Assembly (NCBI GenBank): GCA_964387005.1
Contig: CAYLVC010000001.1
Span: 12,520-38,155, forward strand
Direction of reading: 5' to 3'
DNA from: an uncultured Dehalococcoidales bacterium
GTDB taxonomy: Bacteria > Chloroflexota > Dehalococcoidia > Dehalococcoidales > UBA3254
DNA length: 25,636 nt
Each line of letters begins with the position of its first letter. Within the stretch, counting starts at the first letter, position 1. Positions 16,337-24,711 of the stretch are shown piece by piece. A program made the translations under genes and the position numbers. The notes under the pieces were generated by a model. The model did not search any database. It was not told the origin of the DNA and saw only the letters and a program-made list of their open reading frames with translations.

Positions 16337-18307
16337 TTACTCTACGCCTTTATAGATGTGCCCGGCAGTATAACCTTTGCGTACCCTGCGGTCAGGTACG
16401 CTTTGTTTCAACATATTACGGTATAACAGGACAAAATAGGCGCTTTCATCCTTCTGATCTATGTAGAACTGGTTAAACCCGATGGTCCTAAGCTTCTTGA
16501 CATCGTTAAACATGCCGAAAGGCCGGCTGTTGAGTATTTGCCAGTAGCTGTTTTCCTTGCGTACCGGGAAAACATAGCCCTTTTCATCCACGAATTTTTC
16601 TTCCTTGATCTCAATCCTGGTGTTAACCAGAGGAATATCGCCGTGACAGAAGATAACTACCTCCCTGTCTTTAAATCCGGTAAGTTCTACCAGGGATAAT
16701 TCAGGCGATAAAACCGGAACTACATTAAAGCTGCGGCAAAAAAGGGCATCTAAATCATTAAAGGTATTAAGAGAATAGTCCAGGTATACCGGGACATTGA
16801 AGACCTCCCTGCGCGCCAGAAACCCGATATTGCCGGTCATAATAGCCCTGGGTTTCTTCCGGCCGAGCAAGGCCAGCGCCAGCGAAAGCTCGGAATCATT
16901 CATGATCCTGGGCAGGTAGGCACCCATAACCGTCCTTTCCTGCCATTCCCCGGGCTCAGGAAAATCCGGCTTAAAGATATCATAGAAAACGATATCGGCT
17001 TCCGATTTGACGATTTCCCGGGCCTCAGCCAGAGAATAAGCCCTGGCCATAAAACGTTGAAGCATGGGAGCTTTCTGTTTGATAATGCGGGGCAAAACGG
17101 CGTGGGTATTTCTGCGGAGCGGGTTATTCAGGGGAGTCCTTTGGAGGGTGAAATCAGGCTCTATTTTGATGCGAGTTGAAGACGTCAGGTATATTTTCTG
17201 GCCATCTCTGGCGCCGATTCCCAGGTTAACTTTTTCTCCTGCCTTGCCTGACTCCACTTTTTTGCCATCCCGGGTTATTTCCTCAACAATCGCACCGGTA
17301 ACATTTTCCTTGCTCCAGATACCCAACCCATCGCCGGGAAAAACCGGGCGCTTGAGTAATATCTCACCCTGTTCAATAATTCCCAGATAGGCGCCGCGGT
17401 TCATGGGTCGTTCGGTTGAAACCATATCCCTTTCGCCTCCGGCAAAACCTTCTGTGAATTCACGGTTAAAAACCACTTCTATTTCCTCAAGCTCTTTCAG
17501 GGGAAGCTGGAAATCACCGGCCAGGTAAGAATCAATGGCTTTGCGATAAAGACGGGTTGCCACACCGGCATACAGGGAGGAGCGCATTCGTCCTTCGATT
17601 TTAAAGGCGTTGATTCCCGCTTTAATAAACTCGGGAATACGCTTTACCAGGCACAACTCCCTGGTGCTCAACGGATAAGAGCCATTGAATTTCTGCCGGC
17701 AAAGCTGAGCGCAGCTTCCCCTGTTTCCACTGCGTCCGTTAACAAAACTGGAAAAAAGACAAAGGCCGCTGTAGCTAAAACAAATTGCCCCATGAACGAA
17801 TATTTCCACTTTAAAACCGGCGTTTATCATTTTCTTTATTTCCGGCAAAGGCATTTCCCGGGGTAAAATAATACGGTCAGCCTCTTTCATCACTGTGGCA
17901 GAAAGGGTATTCCCCACAGCCCCCTGGGTAGAAACAAAAACCGCCAGATCGGGAAAGTTCTTCTTGATATTGCTTACAAAACTGAGATGCTGAACAATCA
18001 CACCGTCTATGCCGGCTGAATAAGCCCTGGCAAGGGTATTAAAATATCGTTCCAGCTCGCTGTTTTTTACCAGGGTATTCATGGTCAGGTAAAGCTTAAC
18101 GCCCTGATTATGGCAATATCCGGCTACTCTGCCCAGTTCATCCAGAGAAAAATTTTTTGCGTTCATACGGGCATTAAAGTCCCGTATTCCCAGATAAACA
18201 GCATCAGCCCCATTGATTACCGCGGCTTGAAGGCCTTCCCAGTCACCTGCCGGAGAAAGAAGCTCCGGCTTTAGCGAATATCTGGTAGATTCCTCTTTTG
18301 TTGTCAT
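16337..18307 (-). CDS. Peptidase U32 family protein (long form; RlhA/TrhP-like Fe-S RNA hydroxylase family)
   Basis: PELLSPAG, GADAVYLG, FVHGAICFSYSGLC, GNRGSCAQLCR, KIEGRMRS and FNREFTEG motifs. The C-terminal third looks like a degenerate second U32 barrel. Confidence 0.92.
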   Translation of the reverse strand: MTTKEESTRYSLKPELLSPAGDWEGLQAAVINGADAVYLGIRDFNARMNAKNFSLDELGRVAGYCHNQGVKLYLTMNTLVKNSELERYFNTLARAYSAGIDGVIVQHLSFVSNIKKNFPDLAVFVSTQGAVGNTLSATVMKEADRIILPREMPLPEIKKMINAGFKVEIFVHGAICFSYSGLCLFSSFVNGRSGNRGSCAQLCRQKFNGSYPLSTRELCLVKRIPEFIKAGINAFKIEGRMRSSLYAGVATRLYRKAIDSYLAGDFQLPLKELEEIEVVFNREFTEGFAGGERDMVSTERPMNRGAYLGIIEQGEILLKRPVFPGDGLGIWSKENVTGAIVEEITRDGKKVESGKAGEKVNLGIGARDGQKIYLTSSTRIKIEPDFTLQRTPLNNPLRRNTHAVLPRIIKQKAPMLQRFMARAYSLAEAREIVKSEADIVFYDIFKPDFPEPGEWQERTVMGAYLPRIMNDSELSLALALLGRKKPRAIMTGNIGFLARREVFNVPVYLDYSLNTFNDLDALFCRSFNVVPVLSPELSLVELTGFKDREVVIFCHGDIPLVNTRIEIKEEKFVDEKGYVFPVRKENSYWQILNSRPFGMFNDVKKLRTIGFNQFYIDQKDESAYFVLLYRNMLKQSVPDRRVRKGYTAGHIYKGVE

Positions 18308-18457
18308 TTTATGTCAACTTACCTTTCATTGTAATAATTTTCTATAATTATAACCCTATCCCGGCAGTCTTGCACGATTGTCCCGGTCCAGGGGAGCAAT
18401 GAACCCCACTATGGGAGAAAGAGAGCCGTCTCAGGCTTAAGGTTTTCATTCCTATCC

Positions 18458-18486
18458 ACGATAACAGAGTTGTATTGCTAAAGCAA
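18458..18486 (-). promoter_or_regulatory. Putative sigma70 promoter upstream of the U32-SDR unit
   Basis: Minus strand TTGCTT-N17-TATCGT with extended TG. A second TATAAT lies at 18347-18352. Confidence 0.45.
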
Positions 18487-18508
18487 ACCCGTTGCCTGCA
18501 CAAACAGG
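18483..18508. repeat. Copy 2 of the dispersed motif GCAAACCCGTKGCCTGC-N4/6-ACAGG
   Basis: 16/17 identity to 10632-10648, followed by ACAGG. Confidence 0.5.
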
Positions 18509-18529
18509 AAAATATTATCCACTATATGC

Positions 18530-18569
18530 AAAAGCCCCTCCCTTCCGGAAACTCCGGAAAGAAAGGGCT
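18530..18569 (-). terminator. Intrinsic terminator of cheC-cheD-cheY
   Basis: Minus strand AGCCCTTTCTTTCCGGA-gtt-TCCGGAAGGGAGGGGCT then TTT. The 17-bp stem pairs fully only with G-U wobbles on this strand. Confidence 0.85.
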
Positions 18570-18619
18570 GAATAACTGTTTAAGAGCGTCGCTGTACCCG
18601 TCTGAATAGCAGACTGTTA

Positions 18620-18976
18620 TTAGTTGGTGATCTTCCTGACTGCGGCCAGCACCCGATCGGCGTTAAAGGGTTTCACCACGAAATCTTTAGCGCCTGACTT
18701 CAAGGCTTCAATCACCAGGGACTGCTGACCCATAGCGGTAACCATGGCCACCCTGGCCTGTGAGTCCAGCTCAACCAGTCTCTTTAAGGTGGCGATCCCG
18801 TCCATATCCGGCATGGTGATATCCATCAACACCCCATCCGGTCTGAGTTCCATATATTTTTTTACAGCCTCCACACCATTTGCCGCCTCAGCAGTCTCAA
18901 ACCCGTTTTCCTGAAGAAGTTTAGTGCAGCGCATTCTCATAAAAGCCGCATCATCTACTACTAAAATCCTGGCCAC
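18620..18976 (-). CDS. cheY: CheY-type single-domain response regulator (Bacillus/Thermotoga style)
   Basis: ILVVDDAAFMRM, VLMDITMPDMDG, MVTAMGQQ and GAKDFVVKPF motifs. GTG start with AAGGAG. Confidence 0.93.
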   Translation of the reverse strand: MARILVVDDAAFMRMRCTKLLQENGFETAEAANGVEAVKKYMELRPDGVLMDITMPDMDGIATLKRLVELDSQARVAMVTAMGQQSLVIEALKSGAKDFVVKPFNADRVLAAVRKITN

Positions 18977-18999
18977 TTACGATTCTCCTTTTTTAATTG

Positions 19000-19500
19000 C
19001 TATAGTTCTTTTAAAATACCGTTTACGGCTTTAACAGTAATTTTTCCGCTACCTATAAAGAACTCGATAGTCCTTCCGAAATTGCCCCCCAGATCCGCTC
19101 CGCAAATCAACATCCGTTCCCGGTCAATAGCCGCCTTTACTTCTGCGATGTTCTTCTGTCCGATATCCAGGTTAGGGTTTGAACCAGGAATGGACAGCAT
19201 TTTAGCTCCGCCGGCAATTTTCAAGATCATATTTGACCTGGTTGCACCCAGTTTTACCATCTTGTTGAGAATATAAGGGACGCCGCTATCGATATACTTG
19301 ACGGGAGAACTCATTTCATCCCTGTTCCTGGAACAGGGCAAAAGCATATGAGCAATACCTCCTACTCTGGCGGCAGGGTCATACGCACAAAGGGCAATAC
19401 AGGAGCCGATTCCGACACATTTGAGGACCTGGTTGCTATCCCTGGAGACAATAAATTCTCCAATGCCTACATTAACTGCGCCGATACTGGTTGCAAGCAT
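19000..19500 (-). CDS. cheD: Chemoreceptor glutamine deamidase CheD
   Basis: VGIGE, GIGSCIALCAYD, GGIAHMLLP, KYID, KIAGGAKM, IGQKN and DLGGNFGRTI motifs; catalytic Cys/His are present. Confidence 0.95.
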   Translation of the reverse strand: MLATSIGAVNVGIGEFIVSRDSNQVLKCVGIGSCIALCAYDPAARVGGIAHMLLPCSRNRDEMSSPVKYIDSGVPYILNKMVKLGATRSNMILKIAGGAKMLSIPGSNPNLDIGQKNIAEVKAAIDRERMLICGADLGGNFGRTIEFFIGSGKITVKAVNGILKEL

Positions 19501-19532
19501 TAACTCTTCCTTTTATAGGAATTCAGGCCTGT

Positions 19533-20117
19533 TTAATTTTTAACTAGAGATGGCAGCACCAGGAAATGGCCTTCTATTTCCGTGGTCGATGAACGAAAGA
19601 TCAGGTTGATAACAAAGATAGACTCACTTCCCTTGGGCGCTTTGGCCAGTACAGCCCCCACCAGAGCACCGGCCGGTCCCTGTACCACCACAGGCGGTGA
19701 CGGCATTAGCCGGGAACCCAGGCAATCCGCCACGCTGTTAAGAAAAAAGGCGCCGACAATATTACCCATTTCTCCCAGAACGGAACGTTCCATTTCTTCA
19801 AGAATGGTGGTAGAACCCAGGGGCTGTCCCAGCGCCATATCCACCAGTTCATAGGCAGTTTTCGGCGAAAATGTGAGAAGGATCTGGCCTGTAGAATGTC
19901 CGGAAAAAAGGAGATAAATACCGATCACTTTGCTTTCGGGCTGGCCGATCAAGCCGGCTGCATTGCGGGTTGATACTTCGTCAATGCTCAGAGCGGTAAT
20001 GGATATTTCTTTATTAACCATCTGGGCAAGCCCGGATACGGCCGTGGTACTGCCCAGCTTGGCCATTTTTGTCCAGCTGGCCAGGTTTATCGCTTCCCCG
20101 GTGTTTTCTTTAAGCAT
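19533..20117 (-). CDS. cheC: CheC-family phosphatase
   Basis: SVLGEMGNIVGAFFLNSVAD...MPSPP (intact S-x3-E-x2-N...P site) and CheC-like repeat structure; lies before cheD-cheY. Confidence 0.88.
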   Translation of the reverse strand: MLKENTGEAINLASWTKMAKLGSTTAVSGLAQMVNKEISITALSIDEVSTRNAAGLIGQPESKVIGIYLLFSGHSTGQILLTFSPKTAYELVDMALGQPLGSTTILEEMERSVLGEMGNIVGAFFLNSVADCLGSRLMPSPPVVVQGPAGALVGAVLAKAPKGSESIFVINLIFRSSTTEIEGHFLVLPSLVKN

Positions 20118-20327
20118 TGTGATACTCCTCGTAAATTTTTCTGATATCCTTCACCGTTTTCACCCTGTGAGCGCCTGGTGGATGGATAATCAGAAATGTC
20201 CTCCAGGTAACAGTTGAGCAACCTGTCAGGAAATTAACCTGTATATCCAATAATAAAGCGGCTCTCTCACAAAACAATCACATTTACACCCGGCAAATCA
20301 CAGGTACCTACCAATACCCTGTAGAGA

Positions 20328-20336
20328 ACTATACCA
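20328..20336 (-). promoter_or_regulatory. Extended -10 element upstream of cheC
   Basis: Minus strand TGgTATAGT, about 210 nt upstream of cheC. Confidence 0.4.
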
Positions 20337-20523
20337 GATGCCACAGGCTGGAAAAACGGTATAAAAACCCAAAAATGTGGGCAAAATTACGAGGATAAGG
20401 GATTGGAAAAAGGAATGTGAAACGGAAAGATTGAATAAAACACCTGGACAATTCGCCTGGCCAATTGCAAGAGGAGAACTCCCATGTCCGCCCGGTTAAA
20501 ATTTATTGGAATTTATGCCGGGT

Positions 20524-23500
20524 TTACACCTTCAGGCTGGCTGAGTGCGGCTCGTTAGAGGCCTGGAGGCAGAACTTGACCAGTTCGGCAAATTCATTGA
20601 TTTTAATGGCGTTGTTGGTCTCAAGAAAACCGTCATAGGTGAGGTTGATCCAGGGTTTTTTGTAGACCGAGCTGAACTTATCGGCCATCGCAGCCACAAT
20701 TCCACCAGGCATGCAGCCGTGGGGCATGACTGAAATAACACCCGCAATTTCCGGGTTTTCCAACCAGTCGATTCCACTGCCGATGCTCAGCACGGCCTCA
20801 CTGCCGCAGCGTGGTGAAAGATACTGGCGGGACTTGTCCAGCAACTGGCGGGTCGACGGTTCTTTTTCTTTCAGGACCGCATCAAACCAACCGGCGATGC
20901 GCTGTTCGTCCCGCTCCTGGATTGACTTCTTGATATAGCTCATCATCATCTTTTTGATCTTCCTGTCTTTGACAGCATCCTCCAGATTACGGTGAGCGGT
21001 ATATTTGAACCATTCCCCCATGGGAGAGACGACGGCTTCCAGCCCGGCAGCTTCGCAGGCCTTGACCAGGTCTTTATTACTGAAAGCATTGGAACGCAGA
21101 TAAATCTCACCATTGATGCCTATGACAGGACGCCGGGAGAGGGACGGATCGATCAATTCAGCGAACTCGGCGGATGCTTGCCTGACAATACCGCCGAAGT
21201 CCTCTTTGCGGCTGATTTTTGCGCTCAACTGTTTCAATGAAACATTAAAAAGCTCTTCAGCCGCTCCTATTTTCTTTTCGTAAGGCCTGACCCTCCACAG
21301 CAATCTCTGTAAATTATCTACAGCCACAATGCTCTTCCAGGCCAGTCTTTCGAATCCGGCGCCCAGGCCGATGTCGCGATAAGCGTTGTTCGAGACGGAG
21401 GTCCTGATGTTAAGATCAAAACCCACTTCCCTGAGAATACGGATTTGTTCGATGGCATATTTTCCCAGGCGGCATGGCCCGTATGAACCGCTCATAAAGC
21501 CTTCGACATCCTTCAGGTTGTGGCCGTTATCATAATAATACCTGAGAAAATCCCCCAGGGTAACGCGGTAGGGCAGGCACTCGGTACCGGAAGTGAACTG
21601 GTTACTGTAATGAAGGTTCTTTTCATTGGGCTCAGGTAAAGAAACCGCTTTTACCCCGAAAGCCTGCATAGCGGAGGCTATCACATCGGCGTGCGGGGCC
21701 ATGCGGGGGATAATAAGCGTTTTCCCGGTATTGATCACAGCTGAGGCGCCGCGGTAGACCACGTTCGGAACTCCGGCTTCAGCCGGACTTTTATATCCCT
21801 GAATGGTATCCACGAAAGCCTCAAGCCGGGTAACCAGCCCGGCCTCGGCGGCATGTTCATCGATCTCAAGCTGGCCCATGGGTTTGCCCCCCATGACGTC
21901 TTCCAGCTCAACTAAAATAAACGAGTTCGGCCCGCAGCCGAAGTTGGTCAGGGCCAGTCCGTACAGCCGGGGATCGCGGGCGACAATGTCCGCCGCCGCC
22001 AGCAAACGGGCTTCATAGGACCAGTAGGGACGGTCCGAGTATTTTTTGGGGTCCACAGAGGAAAGGGGCAGAAAATCCAGCGGTACCGGAACGACATCCA
22101 GCTGCGCCAGTTTTTCGGCAATACCCAGGTTGGCCCCCGAGTCCTGAGCCATATAAGCCCTGGCAAGCAGAACTACGCCCAGCCGCTTGCCCTGATGCAG
22201 CTCTTCTATCAGCCGGGCACCTGCCAGGTCCCTGTCTGCCTCATAACGCCTCAATGATTCTATCCCGGCCAGGGCTGCCCTGCGGCCTGCCGCGGCGGAG
22301 TACCCCATCTTGCGTGCAACGCCTGTCAAATTCTCGATTACTTCTTCATCGCCCCGGCTGAAATCCAGCAGGGGAATCAGGAGCTTATTTTCCAGTCCAA
22401 GCACCTGGCGGATAATAAAAGGGGAAGCCTGAATCAGCGGACAGGCATATTTCTGATTCTCTTCCCCGTCTTTTTTGCCCAGGCGTATGCCGCTGGGAAA
22501 GATGATGAAATCATTATCTTTCAGGGCATCGGCATGGCCATGCAGCAGTTTGATAGGGAAACAGCTATCGGTATAAGCCAGTTCAATGGAACGCTCAACG
22601 ATTTCTTTACTGGTCTTTCCGGTTAGCACTACACGGGCATCCAGGGCGTTCAGAAAACCGATCAACAAAGGAGCAAAGTCATAGACCAGAAGGGAACGCG
22701 GCAACCCCACCCGGGGCCCGCTGCCACTGTTTTCTTTATATTCACGGAACAGCAGCTTTTCCCGTTCATCAAAGGCCGTTTCTTTTTTAGCCAGTGTCAG
22801 GGTACTGTCATATTTATCGCAGCGGGAGCCGTAGAAGGTGGGTTTTTCACCGGGTACCTTCATCTGGGTAATAGAGCAGTTATTATCACAGCCCTTGCAG
22901 GTAAAGGTGGACAAATCGCAATCCGCTGAAATTACTTTGCTGAAACCTTTAAACCTGGAAGCCCGCCCGGCTGATTGGGGAATGCTGTTCATATACTCAC
23001 GGGCCAGTAGAGCAGCGCCCATAGCACCGCTGACCTCGCGGTGCTCTGCCACGAGCAGTTCCTTGCCGGGCAACTGCTGGTGGAAGGCGGAGACCACGGC
23101 CCCATTGTAAAATACGGCACCGGTTAGAATAACCTTGCTGCCCAGCTTGCGGTTACCCACCACTTTGGAAAGGTAGTTACGGGCGATGGAATTAGCCAGG
23201 CTGGCGGCAATAACCTCTTTAGATACACCCTCACGCTGGGCTGAAGGCACCGCCTGCCCCATAAAAGCGGCACAGCGCGTACCCAGATCAATGGTATGTC
23301 CGGCAGAGAGGGCCAGATCAGCAAATTCACCGCTCCTGACCGAAATTCCAAGCATTTCCGCCATTTCATCGATAAAGCTGCCCGTACCGGCTGCGCAGGC
23401 TTTGTTCATCTGGTAGTCCACCACCACGCCGTTGCGCTTGATTACCAGTTTGGAGTCCTGCCCGCCGATTTCAATAATATCCGCCTGTGGATCAATATCA

Positions 23501-24687
23501 GCTGCCGCCCGGGTCTGGGCGGTAATTTCATTCTTGATCAGGTCAGCGCCAATCAGGCTGCCGATCAGGTAACGGCCGGAACCGGTCACGCCCACACCTG
23601 CAATCCTGACCTTATCCGCACCCTGCTGAAACAAATTGCTGAAGACCTGTTTGACGGCATCAACCGGACGCCCGGCCGTCATAAGATAGTTCTTGGCCAG
23701 GATTTTTTTACCGGACTCGTCCATGATCACGGCCTTGGTGCTGGTTGAACCGACATCCACCCCCAGGTAACCGGAAACAGCCCCAATATTCTTGTCATTG
23801 AGTTCATTAGCCGGAAGGATAATTTTCTCCAGTCCGGGAGACTCATAATAAGACCTGGCATCATCAGACTGAGGCAGCAGCCCAACCGCCGACTCTTTAC
23901 CCCTGGCCAGGAGGGCTGAGCCAATGGCTTCGGTATACAGGAAATTTGGCGGGACGGTGACCTTCACGGGATGACCGTTGCGTTCGGAAAGCATGGCATC
24001 CAGGGCTTTGACGATGGCCCCGTTGGCAGCAACGCCTCCCAAAAAAAACACAGGCTCGGGAAAAGGCCCTTTCTTCAGAGCTGCCAGCATGCGCACAATG
24101 CTTTCACAGAGGGCATAGAGCATGGCCTCTACAGATACGCCCTTTTGCTGCAAATGAATCAGGTCGCTTTTGGCAAAAACGCTGCAGCGGGCAGCGATGC
24201 GGGGGGCATTGCCCTGGAATTTCAGGGCAAGAGCAGCAAAATCCTCGACTTTAATTCCCAAACGGTAAGACTGCTGTTCCAGAAACCGGCCTGTTCCGGC
24301 GGCGCAGAGTGGATTTGAAGCCACCTTCCAGGGCTTTTTCAACCCGTCTTCCAGCTCGATTACCAGAGAACTCTGGCCGCCGATCTGAAGGATGCTCTTT
24401 GCTTCAGGATGGTTGAAAAGCAGACCTGAAGCTATAGCCAGCGAGCTGCTGTTTTCGCTCCAGTGAAATTCAGGAGGAATGATGGCCTTGCCGCTGCCTG
24501 AGACACCCACAGCCGTAATACCCTCCAGCGGGTAGCGGCCATTCAGCTCCGTAAGGAGTAAATTGACCACAGCGCCGGGACTGGAGGTAATCTTGCGGGA
24601 ATCAATGGTCAAAATCCGGCCGCTTTCATCTATCAGGGCCAGTTTGACGTTAATGGAACCAATATCCAGACCAAGGTAATGTTTCAT
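20524..24687 (-). CDS. 2-hydroxyacyl-CoA dehydratase activase fusion (two BadF/BadG/BcrA/BcrD ASKHA domains + DUF2229-like + HgdD-like dehydratase domains)
   Basis: LGLDIGSINVK / CAAGTGRFLE / CSVFAKSD, then LGVDVGSTSTK / EIGGQDSK / CAAGTGSFIDE, followed by CKGCDNNC, DSCFPIK, TNFGCGP, EIDEH, TECLP, GPCRLGKY and PHGCMPG; 1387 aa. Confidence 0.93.
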   Translation of the reverse strand: MKHYLGLDIGSINVKLALIDESGRILTIDSRKITSSPGAVVNLLLTELNGRYPLEGITAVGVSGSGKAIIPPEFHWSENSSSLAIASGLLFNHPEAKSILQIGGQSSLVIELEDGLKKPWKVASNPLCAAGTGRFLEQQSYRLGIKVEDFAALALKFQGNAPRIAARCSVFAKSDLIHLQQKGVSVEAMLYALCESIVRMLAALKKGPFPEPVFFLGGVAANGAIVKALDAMLSERNGHPVKVTVPPNFLYTEAIGSALLARGKESAVGLLPQSDDARSYYESPGLEKIILPANELNDKNIGAVSGYLGVDVGSTSTKAVIMDESGKKILAKNYLMTAGRPVDAVKQVFSNLFQQGADKVRIAGVGVTGSGRYLIGSLIGADLIKNEITAQTRAAADIDPQADIIEIGGQDSKLVIKRNGVVVDYQMNKACAAGTGSFIDEMAEMLGISVRSGEFADLALSAGHTIDLGTRCAAFMGQAVPSAQREGVSKEVIAASLANSIARNYLSKVVGNRKLGSKVILTGAVFYNGAVVSAFHQQLPGKELLVAEHREVSGAMGAALLAREYMNSIPQSAGRASRFKGFSKVISADCDLSTFTCKGCDNNCSITQMKVPGEKPTFYGSRCDKYDSTLTLAKKETAFDEREKLLFREYKENSGSGPRVGLPRSLLVYDFAPLLIGFLNALDARVVLTGKTSKEIVERSIELAYTDSCFPIKLLHGHADALKDNDFIIFPSGIRLGKKDGEENQKYACPLIQASPFIIRQVLGLENKLLIPLLDFSRGDEEVIENLTGVARKMGYSAAAGRRAALAGIESLRRYEADRDLAGARLIEELHQGKRLGVVLLARAYMAQDSGANLGIAEKLAQLDVVPVPLDFLPLSSVDPKKYSDRPYWSYEARLLAAADIVARDPRLYGLALTNFGCGPNSFILVELEDVMGGKPMGQLEIDEHAAEAGLVTRLEAFVDTIQGYKSPAEAGVPNVVYRGASAVINTGKTLIIPRMAPHADVIASAMQAFGVKAVSLPEPNEKNLHYSNQFTSGTECLPYRVTLGDFLRYYYDNGHNLKDVEGFMSGSYGPCRLGKYAIEQIRILREVGFDLNIRTSVSNNAYRDIGLGAGFERLAWKSIVAVDNLQRLLWRVRPYEKKIGAAEELFNVSLKQLSAKISRKEDFGGIVRQASAEFAELIDPSLSRRPVIGINGEIYLRSNAFSNKDLVKACEAAGLEAVVSPMGEWFKYTAHRNLEDAVKDRKIKKMMMSYIKKSIQERDEQRIAGWFDAVLKEKEPSTRQLLDKSRQYLSPRCGSEAVLSIGSGIDWLENPEIAGVISVMPHGCMPGGIVAAMADKFSSVYKKPWINLTYDGFLETNNAIKINEFAELVKFCLQASNEPHSASLKV

Positions 24688-24699
24688 CGTACGTATAGA

Positions 24700-24708
24700 A
24701 TTATACCA
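24700..24708 (-). promoter_or_regulatory. Extended -10 element giving a very short or leaderless-like transcript of the activase gene
   Basis: TGgTATAAT ends 12 nt before ATG 24687, and there is no Shine-Dalgarno in the 24-nt gap. Confidence 0.5.
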
Positions 24709-24711
24709 GAA

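Noticed and set aside
18414-18436. Glycine-riboswitch-like GGAGA...TCTCAGG
   Set aside because: Too short, lacks the CCGAAG P3 core, and lies on the + strand with no downstream sense gene.
20484-20558. 24-aa + strand ORF (MSARLKFIGIYAGFTPSGWLSAAR) with a GAGGAG RBS
   Set aside because: Overlaps the 3' end of the activase gene antisense, has no convincing promoter and no recognisable motif. Only ribosome profiling could rescue it.
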